The notes under the pieces are model-generated. The model made no database searches. It worked only from the letters and a program-made list of their open reading frames with translations, and was not told the origin of the DNA. 64,000 bases of DNA from Naegleria gruberi (Eukaryota): NCBI GenBank assembly GCA_000004985.1, contig GG738845.1; one strand, given 5' to 3'. A program made the translations under genes and the position numbers. This document shows, in pieces, positions 1-11,326 of the stretch; position 1 is the first letter of the stretch, and every line of letters begins with the position of its first letter.

Positions 1-360
1 ATGATCACTCAAGGAAGACTTAAACGTAGTAGAAAAGTTAGAGGTGTCATGGAAAAGGAGCCAGATTTCAAGAAGGCTACTGTAACTTTATATGAACCAG
101 TAGATTTGGGATTCAGTGATGAATTGAAGATTGAATTGGCAAGAAACTATGATAAGCGTTTGAATGCCAAACTCAAACAAGCCAGAGAAGCTGCCGAAAA
201 GATGAAGTCTGAATCTGGAGTCAATAACGAAAATGAGGCCTCTGAAGAAGAGCAAATGAAACAAATGGAAGAAGCTCACAAACAAATGGAAGAAGCCAAA
301 GCCAGAGCAAGACAAAATAAGGATCAAGCCGCTGAAGCTGTTGAAGTGAAGGATAAATAA
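1..360 (+). CDS. 3' end of a gene that starts upstream of the window (119 codons to TAA at 358-360). Lys/Glu-rich C-terminal tail. Product not recognised.
   Basis: Open frame from position 1 with no upstream stop, ending in a charged low-complexity tail. The ATG at position 1 is probably coincidental. Confidence 0.4.
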   Translation: MITQGRLKRSRKVRGVMEKEPDFKKATVTLYEPVDLGFSDELKIELARNYDKRLNAKLKQAREAAEKMKSESGVNNENEASEEEQMKQMEEAHKQMEEAKARARQNKDQAAEAVEVKDK

Positions 361-458
361 AGGATATAGGCATTGTTACAATTTTGAAATAATTCACAAT
401 AAATTCAGTTTAAGTATGTTAATTAGAAATATTTTGTAAGAAATGCAGAATAAATTAT

Positions 459-931
459 TTAATTTGATTGATTTTCTTCGAATAATCCAATCATGTGACC
501 ATCTGGAGATCTTAGTGCAGCAACTTTTCCATGGGATGGATATTTAATTGGTCCATCTAGAATAGCACCCATCTCTAATAATTTATAAATTGTCTTATCC
601 ATTTCATTTACATCAAAACACAAGAATGGTGAATAGCCGGTTGTACTGGATGCTTCTCTTTTTCAAAGTTAAATCAATAATATGGACTATTGTGTACAAA
701 CCCTTCAACTTTATTCAAACATACTTTCATATGTCCAGATTGTAATTCTGCCCAATGCTCTGTTGAATGATTTACTGTCATGCCTAATCCCTCCGAATAA
801 AATTTTACAGATTTCGGAACATCTTTTATCAGAAGCATAACATTTTTGAGGGAAGCGATTTTTTTAGACATTTTTTTAGTATTTGATTGGTTTGTTGTAT
901 CTGTTTGTTTAAAGATGAATCTAATTTTCAT
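459..931 (-). CDS. Small VOC/glyoxalase-fold protein, about 142 aa. Two exons (931..702 and 657..459) with a 44-nt intron 658..701.
   Basis: Minus-strand ORF 931..674 ends at an in-frame stop immediately after a GTTTGT donor. Splicing to AG at 658 restores the frame: ...KVEG|EASSTTGYSPFLCFDVNEMDK...GHMIGLFEENQSN*, which resembles a glyoxalase/bleomycin-resistance fold C-terminus. Confidence 0.5.
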
Positions 932-1000
932 CTTTAAGATTAAAGCTTCAATTTGATGGAAAAACCAACAAAAAATTAAAATAAATTAATATCAAAAAAA

Positions 1001-3913
1001 ATGAATAACCGTGGTGGTTCCCCATCACACCAATACAAAGAAAATAATTCGTCTGCCAAGAATTTCAATCAACAGCGAACAATGTATTCTGATAACAATG
1101 ATAACCATGATAGCAGATATTCTTCTAGTAGGAGGGATGATTCTAGAAGATTCCATGACGATCATCACAGTAGTTATCCAAACGAAAAAAGAAATAATGG
1201 ATATCCACCATCAAGTAGTAATTATAGAGGTGGAAGAGGAGGATCTAATAGTCGTTATAGTAGTAATAGCAATCGAGGTTATAATAGGGGGAAGTACAAC
1301 AATTTTGGCTCACCACAAAGATCATCCAATTATCAACACAATCAATATGATGAATTTTATCAATCATCAAACTATTCCGAACCAATGTACAATTATCCAG
1401 TGGATAGCTCTGCATATTATTCTTATCCATCAGCTTCCTCTCATTCTTATAATTCGAGTTTGTACAAACCTAACGAAACAACGCCAAAAAATGTTGACAC
1501 CAGATCTCCGAGAAAGAATGATTCAACTCATCCAGAAGATTATGTGAACACATATCATTACCTTCACTATCCTCCTTACTATCCTCCAAACTACTATCCT
1601 CCTTATTATCCTCCAAACTATCCTGTTAATAATGCACCTCCACCTCCTCCTTCATCTTATGATTCAAGAAAATCTGAAAATAGAAGAGATTGGAATGAAC
1701 AAAATCAAACTAAAAGTGACAATATGCCAACTCAAGATACAAAAGTAGAACCCAATACGAAAACTGATTTACCAAATGAAACAAAAGAAGTTGAAAAGAT
1801 AATAGAATCTAATGAAACACCCAGGGATCCAAGAATATTCCCATATTCTAAAGTTGAGACTCTAGAAAAAAATGAAATATTTTCCCAAAGCACTCTATCC
1901 ATCAAACGATCAGAATATTTTTCTCAAATCAAGAAAGTTTCCACTCTTTTAATTCCTTCACTATCCATTGACGCTAAACTCATATCTAGTGAAAGCGATT
2001 ATATTAAGAGCTTGAAAACTAAAAAACAGCCAAAAATTATAGTAACAGAAATACCAAAGGAGTATGTTTCGATTTCTCTAGAGGATGCAATTAAAACAAC
2101 AGGATCAGTTGTACAATTTGAAGCATATTTCAAAAAGGATTCTAACAAGATTGAATCTGCTTGTGTGGTCTTCTCAGATTTTGAAACATGCAAGAGATCT
2201 GTTAATGAACTAATAAGTGACTCTGATATTAAATTCAAGATTCAAAATGACTTTTATGGACTAATTCAAGAAAAATTTACTTCTAATCCTGAGTTTGAAA
2301 GTCTTAAACAAAGAGAAATGGATAAGAAAAAAAAGGAAACGAGAAAAGAGGTGAAAGAAGAGGAAAGCCAATATCAAGACTATAACAACGTGCAACAACC
2401 TTATGAATATTATCAATATCCACCTTATCACCAATACTATCAATACTACCAAATGTATACACAGCCTTTCTTCCAAATTCGAATTAAAACCAAGTACGGG
2501 GAAAAGAAGGAACAAAAACTTTATGGAGTATTTAAAGATTATTACTGCACACATTTTTACTATAGTAATGGGGAATTTCATGTGGAATTTGGTGCTGCTG
2601 AAGATATGGAAAGAGCATTTAAAAAGCTTCACAATCACGTCGTTTTAGGACATGTTATGGAGCTTGAGCGAAATTGCGAATCTTATACAACAGAGAAACC
2701 CTCACTGGTAGAACAAGCAAGTGATCGTATTAAGCTAAAACTAAGAGATCAATTAATGACAAAATTTCAAAGTATCTATGTGAAACAAGTGAAACAAATG
2801 TTAGAATATCAAAAACAACAACAGAAAACAAATGATTCCAATAAGAATATAATATTAGAAAAGGTAAAGCGAGATTTAGAGGAAAAAGAAAGGTTCGAAG
2901 AAAAGTTCATAAACTCAAACGAAGAAGATGAGGAAGAAAAGAGTGGAAAATTTAACGATGAAGATGAGGAATATAATTCAAATGATGAAATGAGTGATAC
3001 TCATGTAGAAAGTGAGCACCTTATGAGTGACTATGAAGAGCTCGAACCAACACCAAATAGTACTGAACTGCCTTCACAAGCTCACACTTCCATTGAAAGC
3101 GAGGAGGAGGAATACAAATTTGAAGACGAGGAAGATGCAACAAAAATTACCAAAAAAAGGAAGCATCAAGAAATTGAAATTCAAGAAAAAAGGAGGACGC
3201 CAATAACCAATGACACTACCAAAATTTTAACAAAGGAAGAACTTGAACTAGAAGACAAACTGTCTCAAATAACTGATGGCTGCTCAAAACTGAAAGGTCT
3301 TACATTAGAAAAAGTCAGACAAATGAAAGAGGTTAAAAAACCAGTCTCTAAGGAGGTGGTAAAATCCATGATGTACGATACTTTGAGAAAGGTAGAACTT
3401 GAGGGCACCAAAAAGATAACAAACGAAAGCAGAAAACATAGAGCAGAATCAAGAAGAAACCTTAAAAGTAATCAACTTGACACTAGAAAGAAAAATCTCA
3501 AATTTGCTAAATCTCCAATACACGATTGGGGTTTATTCGCGTTGGAAGATATTGAACAAGGCGAAATGGTGATTGAGTATGTGGGGGAGGTAATAAGAGA
3601 AGCCCTTTCAGATATTAGAGAAAAAAGATATGAACAAATAGGCATTGGTTCAAGTTATTTATTCAGGTTAGATAATGATCTTATTATTGATGCTACAAAG
3701 AGAGGAAATTTAGCAAGATTTATTAACCATTCTTGTGATCCGAATTGTTGTGCCAGAATTATTGAGGTTGACAAACAGAAGAAAGTATGCATTTATGCTC
3801 TGAGAAAGATTCTTGTAGGCGAAGAGATTACTTATGATTATAAGTTTCCAATTGAAGAATCTAAAATTCCATGCAAGTGTGGCTCTCAGAAATGCAAAAA
3901 ATGGCTTAATTAA
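1001..3913 (+). CDS. SET1: Set1-type histone H3K4 methyltransferase (970 aa, single exon). Tyr/Pro-rich low-complexity N-terminus, two RRM-like regions, C-terminal N-SET/SET/post-SET.
   Basis: The C-terminus [26 protein letters not shown]...GSSYLFRLD...[73 protein letters not shown] is near-identical in pattern to yeast/human Set1. [19 protein letters not shown] repeats at 1560-1630. Confidence 0.85.
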   Translation: MNNRGGSPSHQYKENNSSAKNFNQQRTMYSDNNDNHDSRYSSSRRDDSRRFHDDHHSSYPNEKRNNGYPPSSSNYRGGRGGSNSRYSSNSNRGYNRGKYNNFGSPQRSSNYQHNQYDEFYQSSNYSEPMYNYPVDSSAYYSYPSASSHSYNSSLYKPNETTPKNVDTRSPRKNDSTHPEDYVNTYHYLHYPPYYPPNYYPPYYPPNYPVNNAPPPPPSSYDSRKSENRRDWNEQNQTKSDNMPTQDTKVEPNTKTDLPNETKEVEKIIESNETPRDPRIFPYSKVETLEKNEIFSQSTLSIKRSEYFSQIKKVSTLLIPSLSIDAKLISSESDYIKSLKTKKQPKIIVTEIPKEYVSISLEDAIKTTGSVVQFEAYFKKDSNKIESACVVFSDFETCKRSVNELISDSDIKFKIQNDFYGLIQEKFTSNPEFESLKQREMDKKKKETRKEVKEEESQYQDYNNVQQPYEYYQYPPYHQYYQYYQMYTQPFFQIRIKTKYGEKKEQKLYGVFKDYYCTHFYYSNGEFHVEFGAAEDMERAFKKLHNHVVLGHVMELERNCESYTTEKPSLVEQASDRIKLKLRDQLMTKFQSIYVKQVKQMLEYQKQQQKTNDSNKNIILEKVKRDLEEKERFEEKFINSNEEDEEEKSGKFNDEDEEYNSNDEMSDTHVESEHLMSDYEELEPTPNSTELPSQAHTSIESEEEEYKFEDEEDATKITKKRKHQEIEIQEKRRTPITNDTTKILTKEELELEDKLSQITDGCSKLKGLTLEKVRQMKEVKKPVSKEVVKSMMYDTLRKVELEGTKKITNESRKHRAESRRNLKSNQLDTRKKNLKFAKSPIHDWGLFALEDIEQGEMVIEYVGEVIREALSDIREKRYEQIGIGSSYLFRLDNDLIIDATKRGNLARFINHSCDPNCCARIIEVDKQKKVCIYALRKILVGEEITYDYKFPIEESKIPCKCGSQKCKKWLN

Positions 3914-3967
3914 ATTGATTTTTTTACAATGAATTTTATTATAGTTAGTTTTTACAAAATGTTACAA

Positions 3968-4672
3968 TTATTTGACGGAGAGAGTCTTGGCCTTTTCGAC
4001 AGCCTTCTTCTTAATATTGTTGGCAAAAAGATCAGAACCATCCTTAGATACATAACCAATGAATAATGGATATAATTCACTCTTTGCATCTGGGAACGGA
4101 TGGCTAGGATTCTTCAAGAAAGCATCAGTGGCATCTAGTTTACCACCAGCATATTTCAAAATAGAGTCCTTTCCACCAGGGTGATTCTTCAAGAATGAAG
4201 TAACATTATAAACACGATTGAAAACTATGATCCAACAATCATCAGCCTTGTCATGTTTAGCAATTTCTGTTGGAGTGAAGAACTTGCTGTGCTCTTCTTC
4301 ACGAAGGGTACCAACAATGTAATCTTCAATTTCAACAAAGGCTCTTTCTGGATGTTGAATTCCATAGAAACCACCAGTAGCATCACCACCAGAATTACGA
4401 ACAATAACATCGCCACCAGGATGAGATGGTGCAAATTTAGTCAGATCATAGACTTTGTTATCAATAATAACCCACAAATCATCCATAGAGTTGTGTTCGG
4501 CAACTTCTTTACGGGTAATTCCCATTCTATTTGTGTGTTGAATTTCATCAACTTCATTGGTTGCGCTTTCATCAGCAGCTTCCTTGAAGAAAACAAAATA
4601 AATGACAACCAAAACAAGACCAACAGTGATGCCTAGACCAATTGGAGAGGTAAGAAGAGCAAGTAAAGACAT
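3968..4672 (-). CDS. Membrane-anchored protein with two tandem cytochrome b5-like heme-binding domains (234 aa).
   Basis: N-terminal hydrophobic segment (LLALLTSPIGLGITVGLVLVVIYFVFF), then two copies of the cyt-b5 signature (…FAPSHPGGDVI… and …LKNHPGGKDSI…), each preceded by W/DLTKF-like motifs. Confidence 0.75.
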   Translation of the reverse strand: MSLLALLTSPIGLGITVGLVLVVIYFVFFKEAADESATNEVDEIQHTNRMGITRKEVAEHNSMDDLWVIIDNKVYDLTKFAPSHPGGDVIVRNSGGDATGGFYGIQHPERAFVEIEDYIVGTLREEEHSKFFTPTEIAKHDKADDCWIIVFNRVYNVTSFLKNHPGGKDSILKYAGGKLDATDAFLKNPSHPFPDAKSELYPLFIGYVSKDGSDLFANNIKKKAVEKAKTLSVK

Positions 4673-4929
4673 TTTTTTTGTGTGGAGTTTTTTGATTCAA
4701 AAAGTAAATGATAAAAAGAGGAGTGCGAATATCTTTGTAAAAAGATGAGATTAGGTGAAACCATTCAGTTTCTAAGAATTTGTTAATAACAACGTAATGA
4801 CACTTATTTTTATTACTGATATTAAACAGAGAATTAGAAATTGCTGAATAGTTTGAAGTGTGTTTTGGCGCTAATTATCAGGATCTTGTTTGAAAAAATG
4901 GCGCCAAAATACTTACATTTACAAAAAAA

Positions 4930-7285
4930 ATGAAGAAGCAACACCACGCCTACACACTGAGATGTGATGACAAATATCATCGATTGGATATTAATATTGT
5001 TATATCCCACAAATTTTTAGAACACAACAAGAAATCATGCTTGGAACACCCATTAAGGCATGAGTTTTGCATTGAAGAGGACAAATTCTTACTTTTCATG
5101 GAACACAGAGGAAGAATTAATGATGATGATGAAAAAAGATCGACTGTGTCGGAACTTATTCAAGAGTATAGAGAAGAACGTAAAAAGAATCCATCACTCT
5201 TTAACAAGGCTGATGTTGATGGTAATCTTCTGAGGGATCGATTGGCAGCTTTAAAAGAAATGGGCCTTCGATACCAAATATTATACACAGAAATTAGTGA
5301 AGAAATTGAAAAAATTGTAAGTTAAGATTGAATGTTGATATTGAACAAATCAGAAAGAAGAAATGGAAAAGGAAAAAACTGAAGAGGAGAAGTTGATTAG
5401 AATTAAAAAACAACGAGAGAAGAAGGTTGTCAATTCTAAACTTCCCATCAATCGACAACAAACCATAATCTACTCTTCAGAACAAAGAATACAATTCAGT
5501 CCAAAGGTTGAAATTACAGTATCAGGTAAAAATTTTGGACCAACTGTGCTCACCAGTAGAGAAAAATATCTAGCTGACACCTCTCCGGTGCTAATGGTAT
5601 GTTTTTCAAATCTTTTACACTAATTTTTGAAAAGAAAATATTGGAAGAAACTCTCGAAAAGCAAAACGAATCTGAAGAAAAATTTAAACAAATTTCTTTT
5701 CATGAGCTAGATAAGCAGTATAAGGATTTCAAGTTATATGATTGTTTCCATCCAGACACATTCAAGAAATTTATATTATTTGCCGAAAATCCCAACCTCA
5801 AACAAAAATACCATTCAATATTAGAAAGGCAGACAGAAGTAAACACTGAAAATGAGAACAATATTTCAGAAGCCATAAAACGATTGCAAGAGGTAAAAGA
5901 AAACCATTTAAAACGGTTCGAAGAAAACATTTCACGATATAAGAATGAATTAGAACAAACACTGGAGAAATGTAAGGAGTTTGATATGGAAAAGCTTAGA
6001 TTATTATATGAAGTTCACAAGTATAATGAGCTTGAAAAAGTTGACAGCCTATTAGAGGCAAGAAAGAAAGATATTGAGGCTTTCTTTGAGGAAGAAGAGA
6101 AGAAAACAAAAGAATTGTATGCAAAACAGCAAACTTCAAGAAGAACTCAAATATCAGGGGACTTGGTTAAATGTGAAAAACTATTGAGTGAAATTTTTCC
6201 CTCTGAAACAATTGTTCCATTATTGATTCTATCAGATATTTTGGAAGTTACAGAATTGAAAAATTATTGTATTCAAGCTGTTACTGAAAAGTTTGGGGAG
6301 CATGTTTATAAGGAGGCTCTTGGTTCGAGAATTATGGCAGAAACAATGACACAAATTTTGAGTCAATTACCTGTAGAAAAATTGAAAGAACTTAAAACTA
6401 CATATGGATTTCATTTCCAAAGATCGGCTGTTGAGAAGGAAATTGATTACAGGAAGGGAATGTTTGCAGATGAGTATAGAGAAAAATCAGTGGAGGAATT
6501 AATGCTTTTCCTTAAAAGAGGTGTAGTATTTCCAGATGTTTTAATGGCAGAGCTAGAAAAAAGAAAAGAGAAGAAACCATATGTTTCCCTCAATACTGAG
6601 CGTTGCTCCCCATTTTTGTTAATTGATGATGATTATTTGACAGTACATTTAAAAGGGCAAAAGAGATATTCTTGTGTTCATGCTTCACATTCGCTCAATT
6701 TTCAAGGGTGGGCAAAATGGTATTTTGAGGTATCAATAGAACAATTTGATGAATCATTTGGATCAAGCATTTCAATTGGGTGGGATGTTGAGAGAACTGG
6801 GTGGGATGGGCCTATTATTGGTCTCACACCTGGTTACAGATCTCAATTTGGATACAGTTGGCAGTCTGATGGGTGTAAGTAGTCATTAATTAAGTTTATA
6901 ATGAAAAATCAAAACAGTACTTCATTTCTATGGAAAGGGAATGTTTATAGGAACTAAGTTTGTTGCTGGAGATGTGATTGGATGTGGAATCAATCAAATT
7001 AAGAAAAAATTGACATTTTACAAAAATGGGGAAAAGATAACCCTAATTAAAAAAGAATCTAACAGAAGGGTTCAGGAAATCAAATATATCACTATTCAGG
7101 ATGAGAGTTACGAATTATTCCCTGCAGCATGTTTGTATTCAACAAAGAAAAATTCTGATTGTACAGTGAGATTTAACTTTACAGGACCATTCATTGGACA
7201 ACCAAAACATTATGAAGCTTATGGAAGTGAGAGACAAATCTTGAAACAACAAAAACAAATCAAACAAGCACTTCAACTTAATTAA
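4930..7285 (+). CDS. BTB (T1/KCTD-like) plus SPRY domain protein, about 745 aa. Four exons: 4930..5316, 5354..5596, 5635..6874, 6918..7285.
   Basis: GTAAGT/GTATGT donors and AG acceptors join the ORFs 4930-5325, 5363-5623, 5599-6882 and 6941-7285 in frame. Exon 2/3 junction gives VEITVSGKNFGPTVLTSREKYLADTSPVLM|KILEE (T1-type BTB pattern). Exon 3/4 junction gives …YSWQSDG|LLHFYGKGMFIGTKFVAGDVIGCGIN (SPRY core). Confidence 0.6.
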
Positions 7286-7455
7286 AAAAAAGCTTTTCTT
7301 CTTTTGAGGTTTTAAGAAGAACAGACATGAGTATTTTTCTGGCCACTTTCTTATTAAACGACTTGAGGGGCGCTGTGCTTATTCCAGCCAAAAATTTTGT
7401 AATGATGAGCCGTACTGTTGTTCTCGTTTAGTGGGATAGTTTTAAAAATATTTAT

Positions 7456-9209
7456 TTAGAGTTTTTTCCAGATGGTCTTAACTTCCATGAACAAGTCAAC
7501 TCCAAAAGTACTTAATTCAACAGCAATACCAGACTTTTTACGGGTTGGCCATGGGCATTGACAGAGACAAGGTTGAGAGGCTGTAAAAAATTATTGGAAT
7601 AATTCAATCATGTTATAATTAATAAAAACTTACAATTCAACCACAAAGAACCAACAACCAATTGACGTCCAACACGTTCTAATCTTTCATCACTTCCTGA
7701 CATGACAGCAGCGGCCAAACCATATTCAGTATTGTTGGCCATTCTAATAGCCTCTTCTTCAGTTTCAAATGGTACACCAACACTCAAAACAGGACCGAAA
7801 ATTTCTTCCTTCCAAATGGTCATATCTTCAGTAACGTTGGCAAAGATGGTTGGGGCAACAAAGAATCCCTTAGTTGGATCTTGAGCAGCAGCCTTTTCTG
7901 GTCTACCACCACCAACAAGACAAATAGCACCTTCCTTCTTGGCAGTTTCAATATAATTCATAACCTTATCATATTGAATCTTTGATACTTGAGCACCATG
8001 AGAAACAGACTTGTCAAAGAGAGAATCACCAGTAACAATCTTTCTAGTTCTTTCAACCAATTTATCCATCAAAGATTGATAGATAGACTTGTGAACTAAG
8101 AGTCTTGAAGTGGCAGAACAAATTTCACCCTTATTAGCAAAAATACCTCCAACAATGGATTCAACAGCCAAATCAATATCACAATCTTCGAAACAAATAA
8201 TTGGACTCTTACCACCCAATTCCAAATTACAACGAGTCAAATTTGGAGTACAAGAGGAAGAAACTTTCAAACCAGTTGCCAATGAACCAGTGAATGAAAC
8301 CTTCTTAATACGTGGATCACTTGTCAACAAATTACCAATCTTGTAACCATAACCAGCAACAATATTAATAACACCTGGTGGGAAGATATCCTTAATATAT
8401 TCACCCAAAACAAGAGTGGTCAAACTAGTATATTCAGATGGCTTGAAAACACATGAACAACCAGTAATCATTGCAGGACCCATCTTCCACATTAATAATA
8501 ACAATGGATAATTGAATGGCAAGATTGAAACACAAGGTCCAACAGATTCGAAAACAATACGATTGGACAAACCATGTTTTTCACTTTCATGATGTTCATT
8601 GGTGTAACCATCCAATTTCTTTTGAACATATCCAGCAAGTGATGCATAATATCTGAGAGTATTACAACACTCATCAACATCAGCTAATGATTCAAAATAT
8701 GTTTTACCATTGTTTTGAGTTTCCAAAGTGGCCAACTTTTCCATATTTTCTTGCATCTTATCGGCAAGTTTGTTCAAGCAAGCAGCTCTATTGAATATTA
8801 GGTTATCAAAATATTACACTTATTAACACACAAACCTTTCGGAAACTGGTGTATTCTTCCATCCTTCAAAAGCATTGACAGTACTTTGAACAGCAGAACG
8901 AACTTGTTCTTCAGAGGCTTGAGTGATCAAACCGATTACCTCTTCGGTGCAAGGATTGACAACAGGAATATACAATTCATCTTGACTTGTTGTTCCTTCC
9001 TCAGATTCTCTTGAAACAAATTGGTTGTTGATGAGGGAGTGATACTTTGTAAGAGACATTGTGATGCGTTTTTTTATTGGTGGATGAACCGGTTGGAATG
9101 GTGAGACGAGTTTAAAAAGAGGCCGAGGCGAAAATTTCACAGTGTATGATGATTGGATGCACCTAGACAGTAACTCAGAGTTACAGTTTACAAAGAGTTG
9201 TAGGTTCAT
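7456..9209 (-). CDS. Aldehyde dehydrogenase superfamily enzyme, probably mitochondrial. Three exons: 9209..8836, 8787..7634, 7580..7456. An alternative start is Met at 9059.
   Basis: ALDH motifs: ELGGKSP, catalytic-Cys region GEICSATSRLLVH, GSLWLN. Splices (GTTTGT…AG and GTAAGT…AG) restore the frame. The last exon encodes …PWPTRKKSGIAVELSTFGVDLFMEVKTIWKKL*, the C-terminal ALDH consensus with substitutions. The 50-aa leader upstream of Met-9059 is basic and hydrophobic. Confidence 0.75.
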
Positions 9210-9397
9210 TATTCATTTGCCCTAAGAACTACTACACCTTTAACTTTAACAAGAGATTAAAAAGGAATATCTCTTTAACAATTTAATTTAAAGAATCTAA
9301 TATGCAAAAACAGTCACAAACATTGGTGTTTTCTTTCACCACTAACCAATAAGGGATATTAATACAACAAAAAGATTTTTTTTAATAAATATAAAAA

Positions 9398-10518
9398 ATG
9401 ACATCACCAGTTACCAAACAATTTCCGAATCTCTTTTTTGATTTACATTCAAATGAAGAGGAACTCATTGAACAGATCAGGTTTGTAGATTTTAAATTAT
9501 CTTTAATCACCTTTACAGACATGAATTTACCACTAACTTTTTTGAAAAAGTTTCCGAGGTTAAAATCAAAAGATTAACAGGAGGAATAACAAATAGAATT
9601 TACAAAGTGGATGTCAATGATAAACAGGTTTTATGTAGAATTAATGGATTATGTACAGAAAAAATAATTGACAGAGATGTAGAACTTTTCCACATGCAAG
9701 AAATGCACAAACACGGTCAAGGCCCACAAGTCTATTGTGTTTTTAAAAATGGTTACGTTTATGATTTTATTGTTGGAGAATGTACATCTACTGCTGAATT
9801 AATGGCTGATAAAGCTGAAAAAATAGCTGAAAAGCTTGCAAATTGGCACAAGATGCAAATTGACAAGGAAGATAGAGCTCCAGTACTTTGGAAGCTTATT
9901 AACAAATGGTTAGATAATACCAAAGCTTTTGAATGGAGTGGAGAAAAGAAAGTCAATTTTGAAAAATGTAGGTTCGACATGGTTGTAGAACAATGTGAAA
10001 GGTTACAAAAAGAAATTTTTGCCAGTAAGCCTAACACTGTTTTGGATCCCAAGGATTTAAACCAAGTTTTGGATTTATTTTCTATTGGTTTTTGCCATAA
10101 TGACTTGTTAGCCCTCAATGTATTGTACAATAAGGATGATGACTCTGTACATTTCATTGATTATGAGTATTGTGGATATAGTTTCAGAGCTTTTGACATT
10201 GGAAATCATTTTGATGAATATGCAGGATTCTCATTAGATAAGAAAGACTACCCAAGCACTGAAATTCAAACTAAATTTATCAGAAAATACCTTGAAACCT
10301 TGTATGAAGGTCCTCCAAGTGATATATCTGATCACCATGTAGAAAAGTTCAGAAATGGAGTTACATTGTTTGCTTGTATTGGTCATCTCTATTGGGGTGT
10401 TTGGGCTATTAGTCAAGCATATTACTCAGATATTGATTTTGATTATTTACAGTATGCAAAAGGAAGATTTGATTGGTATTTTGAAGAAATACAAAATGTA
10501 GATTTTGCTAATTTGTAA
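9398..10518 (+). CDS. Choline/ethanolamine kinase. Two exons: 9398..9480 and 9519..10518, with a 38-nt intron.
   Basis: Exon 1 is MTSPVTKQFPNLFFDLHSNEEELIEQIR. The spliced sequence is …HEFTTNFFEKVSEVKIKRLTGGITNRIYKV…. Downstream are Brenner/ChoK-like motifs (HNDLLALNVLY, IDYEY). Confidence 0.8.
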
Positions 10519-10559
10519 TATCAGAAATAATAATAAATACTAAAAAATATTATGAAAAA

Positions 10560-11300
10560 ATGAACAATAATGTTTCCTCTGTAACACTACATCGACATGA
10601 GGACGAAGAAGATGAATCCAGTAATATTTTGGAGGAAATATCAAGAGTACAACATTTTACTAACGAACCTGAGGTGGAATACGATAGGTTTCCTTCTGGT
10701 TCAAGTATTTCTCTGCCTTCTCAACATTACGGAACAAGCAACGAATTGAAACATAATTCTCTTTTAATAACGTCAAACAAATTATTTCAAGCCAATAAGC
10801 CCCATAAACTGCAAAGAAATGCTGTGATTTCCAATGCTTTTACTTGTGCCATTTCAGTTTTGTTAATAATATTATGCATTATTCTTCCGTTTATTCCTTT
10901 TTATCAATTTATTGATATTAGCACTACATATTATGTCACCTCTTTTATGATTGTATTTTTGCCAGTATGTGTTGTACTTTTTGTGACAAGTATTATTGGT
11001 ATGATAACTTTCAAAACGAGTAAGGACTACATCAAGAGCTTACATATTGGATATATTTGTTCTTTATTGTTTATTGTCTTTTTGAATTCAATCTCTATTG
11101 CAATAATGTTCATTTCAACAGAACCAAATTATCACTTTAATAGCTATTTGAGTTTATCTGTTTCTGTTGTTGTTCTGAATATTCTTATTGCTACTTGGTC
11201 AACAATAATGATAGTCATCACAATTATTAGAATGAGGAAAGAATCGTTTGAATATCAATATGGAAAACAGGCAAAGCCTCAGGTTAATCTATTAATTTGA
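10560..11300 (+). CDS. Hypothetical four-TM membrane protein (246 aa).
   Basis: Long ORF in AT-rich DNA with four clear hydrophobic helices. No recognisable family. Starts only 41 nt after the choline-kinase stop. Confidence 0.45.
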   Translation: MNNNVSSVTLHRHEDEEDESSNILEEISRVQHFTNEPEVEYDRFPSGSSISLPSQHYGTSNELKHNSLLITSNKLFQANKPHKLQRNAVISNAFTCAISVLLIILCIILPFIPFYQFIDISTTYYVTSFMIVFLPVCVVLFVTSIIGMITFKTSKDYIKSLHIGYICSLLFIVFLNSISIAIMFISTEPNYHFNSYLSLSVSVVVLNILIATWSTIMIVITIIRMRKESFEYQYGKQAKPQVNLLI

Positions 11301-11326
11301 AAAATACATAGAATTTTGGAAGTAGA

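Noticed and set aside
1011-2648. Multiple 60-180-codon ORFs in alternative frames or antisense inside the Set1 gene (for example 1011-1547 +, 2261-2638 -, 2403-2648 +). Similar ORFs occur inside most other long genes.
   Set aside because: They overlap a well-supported conserved CDS, are low-complexity (I/L/F/N-rich), and are expected by chance in AT-rich coding DNA read in wrong frames.
7300-7450. tRNA-like or other Pol III genes in intergenic spacers (also checked 18340-18500, 21550-22110, 29770-30120, 37630-37830).
   Set aside because: No cloverleaf-compatible sequence with GTTCGAATC-like T-arm or conserved A/B boxes was found by eye. A tRNAscan run would be needed to be certain.
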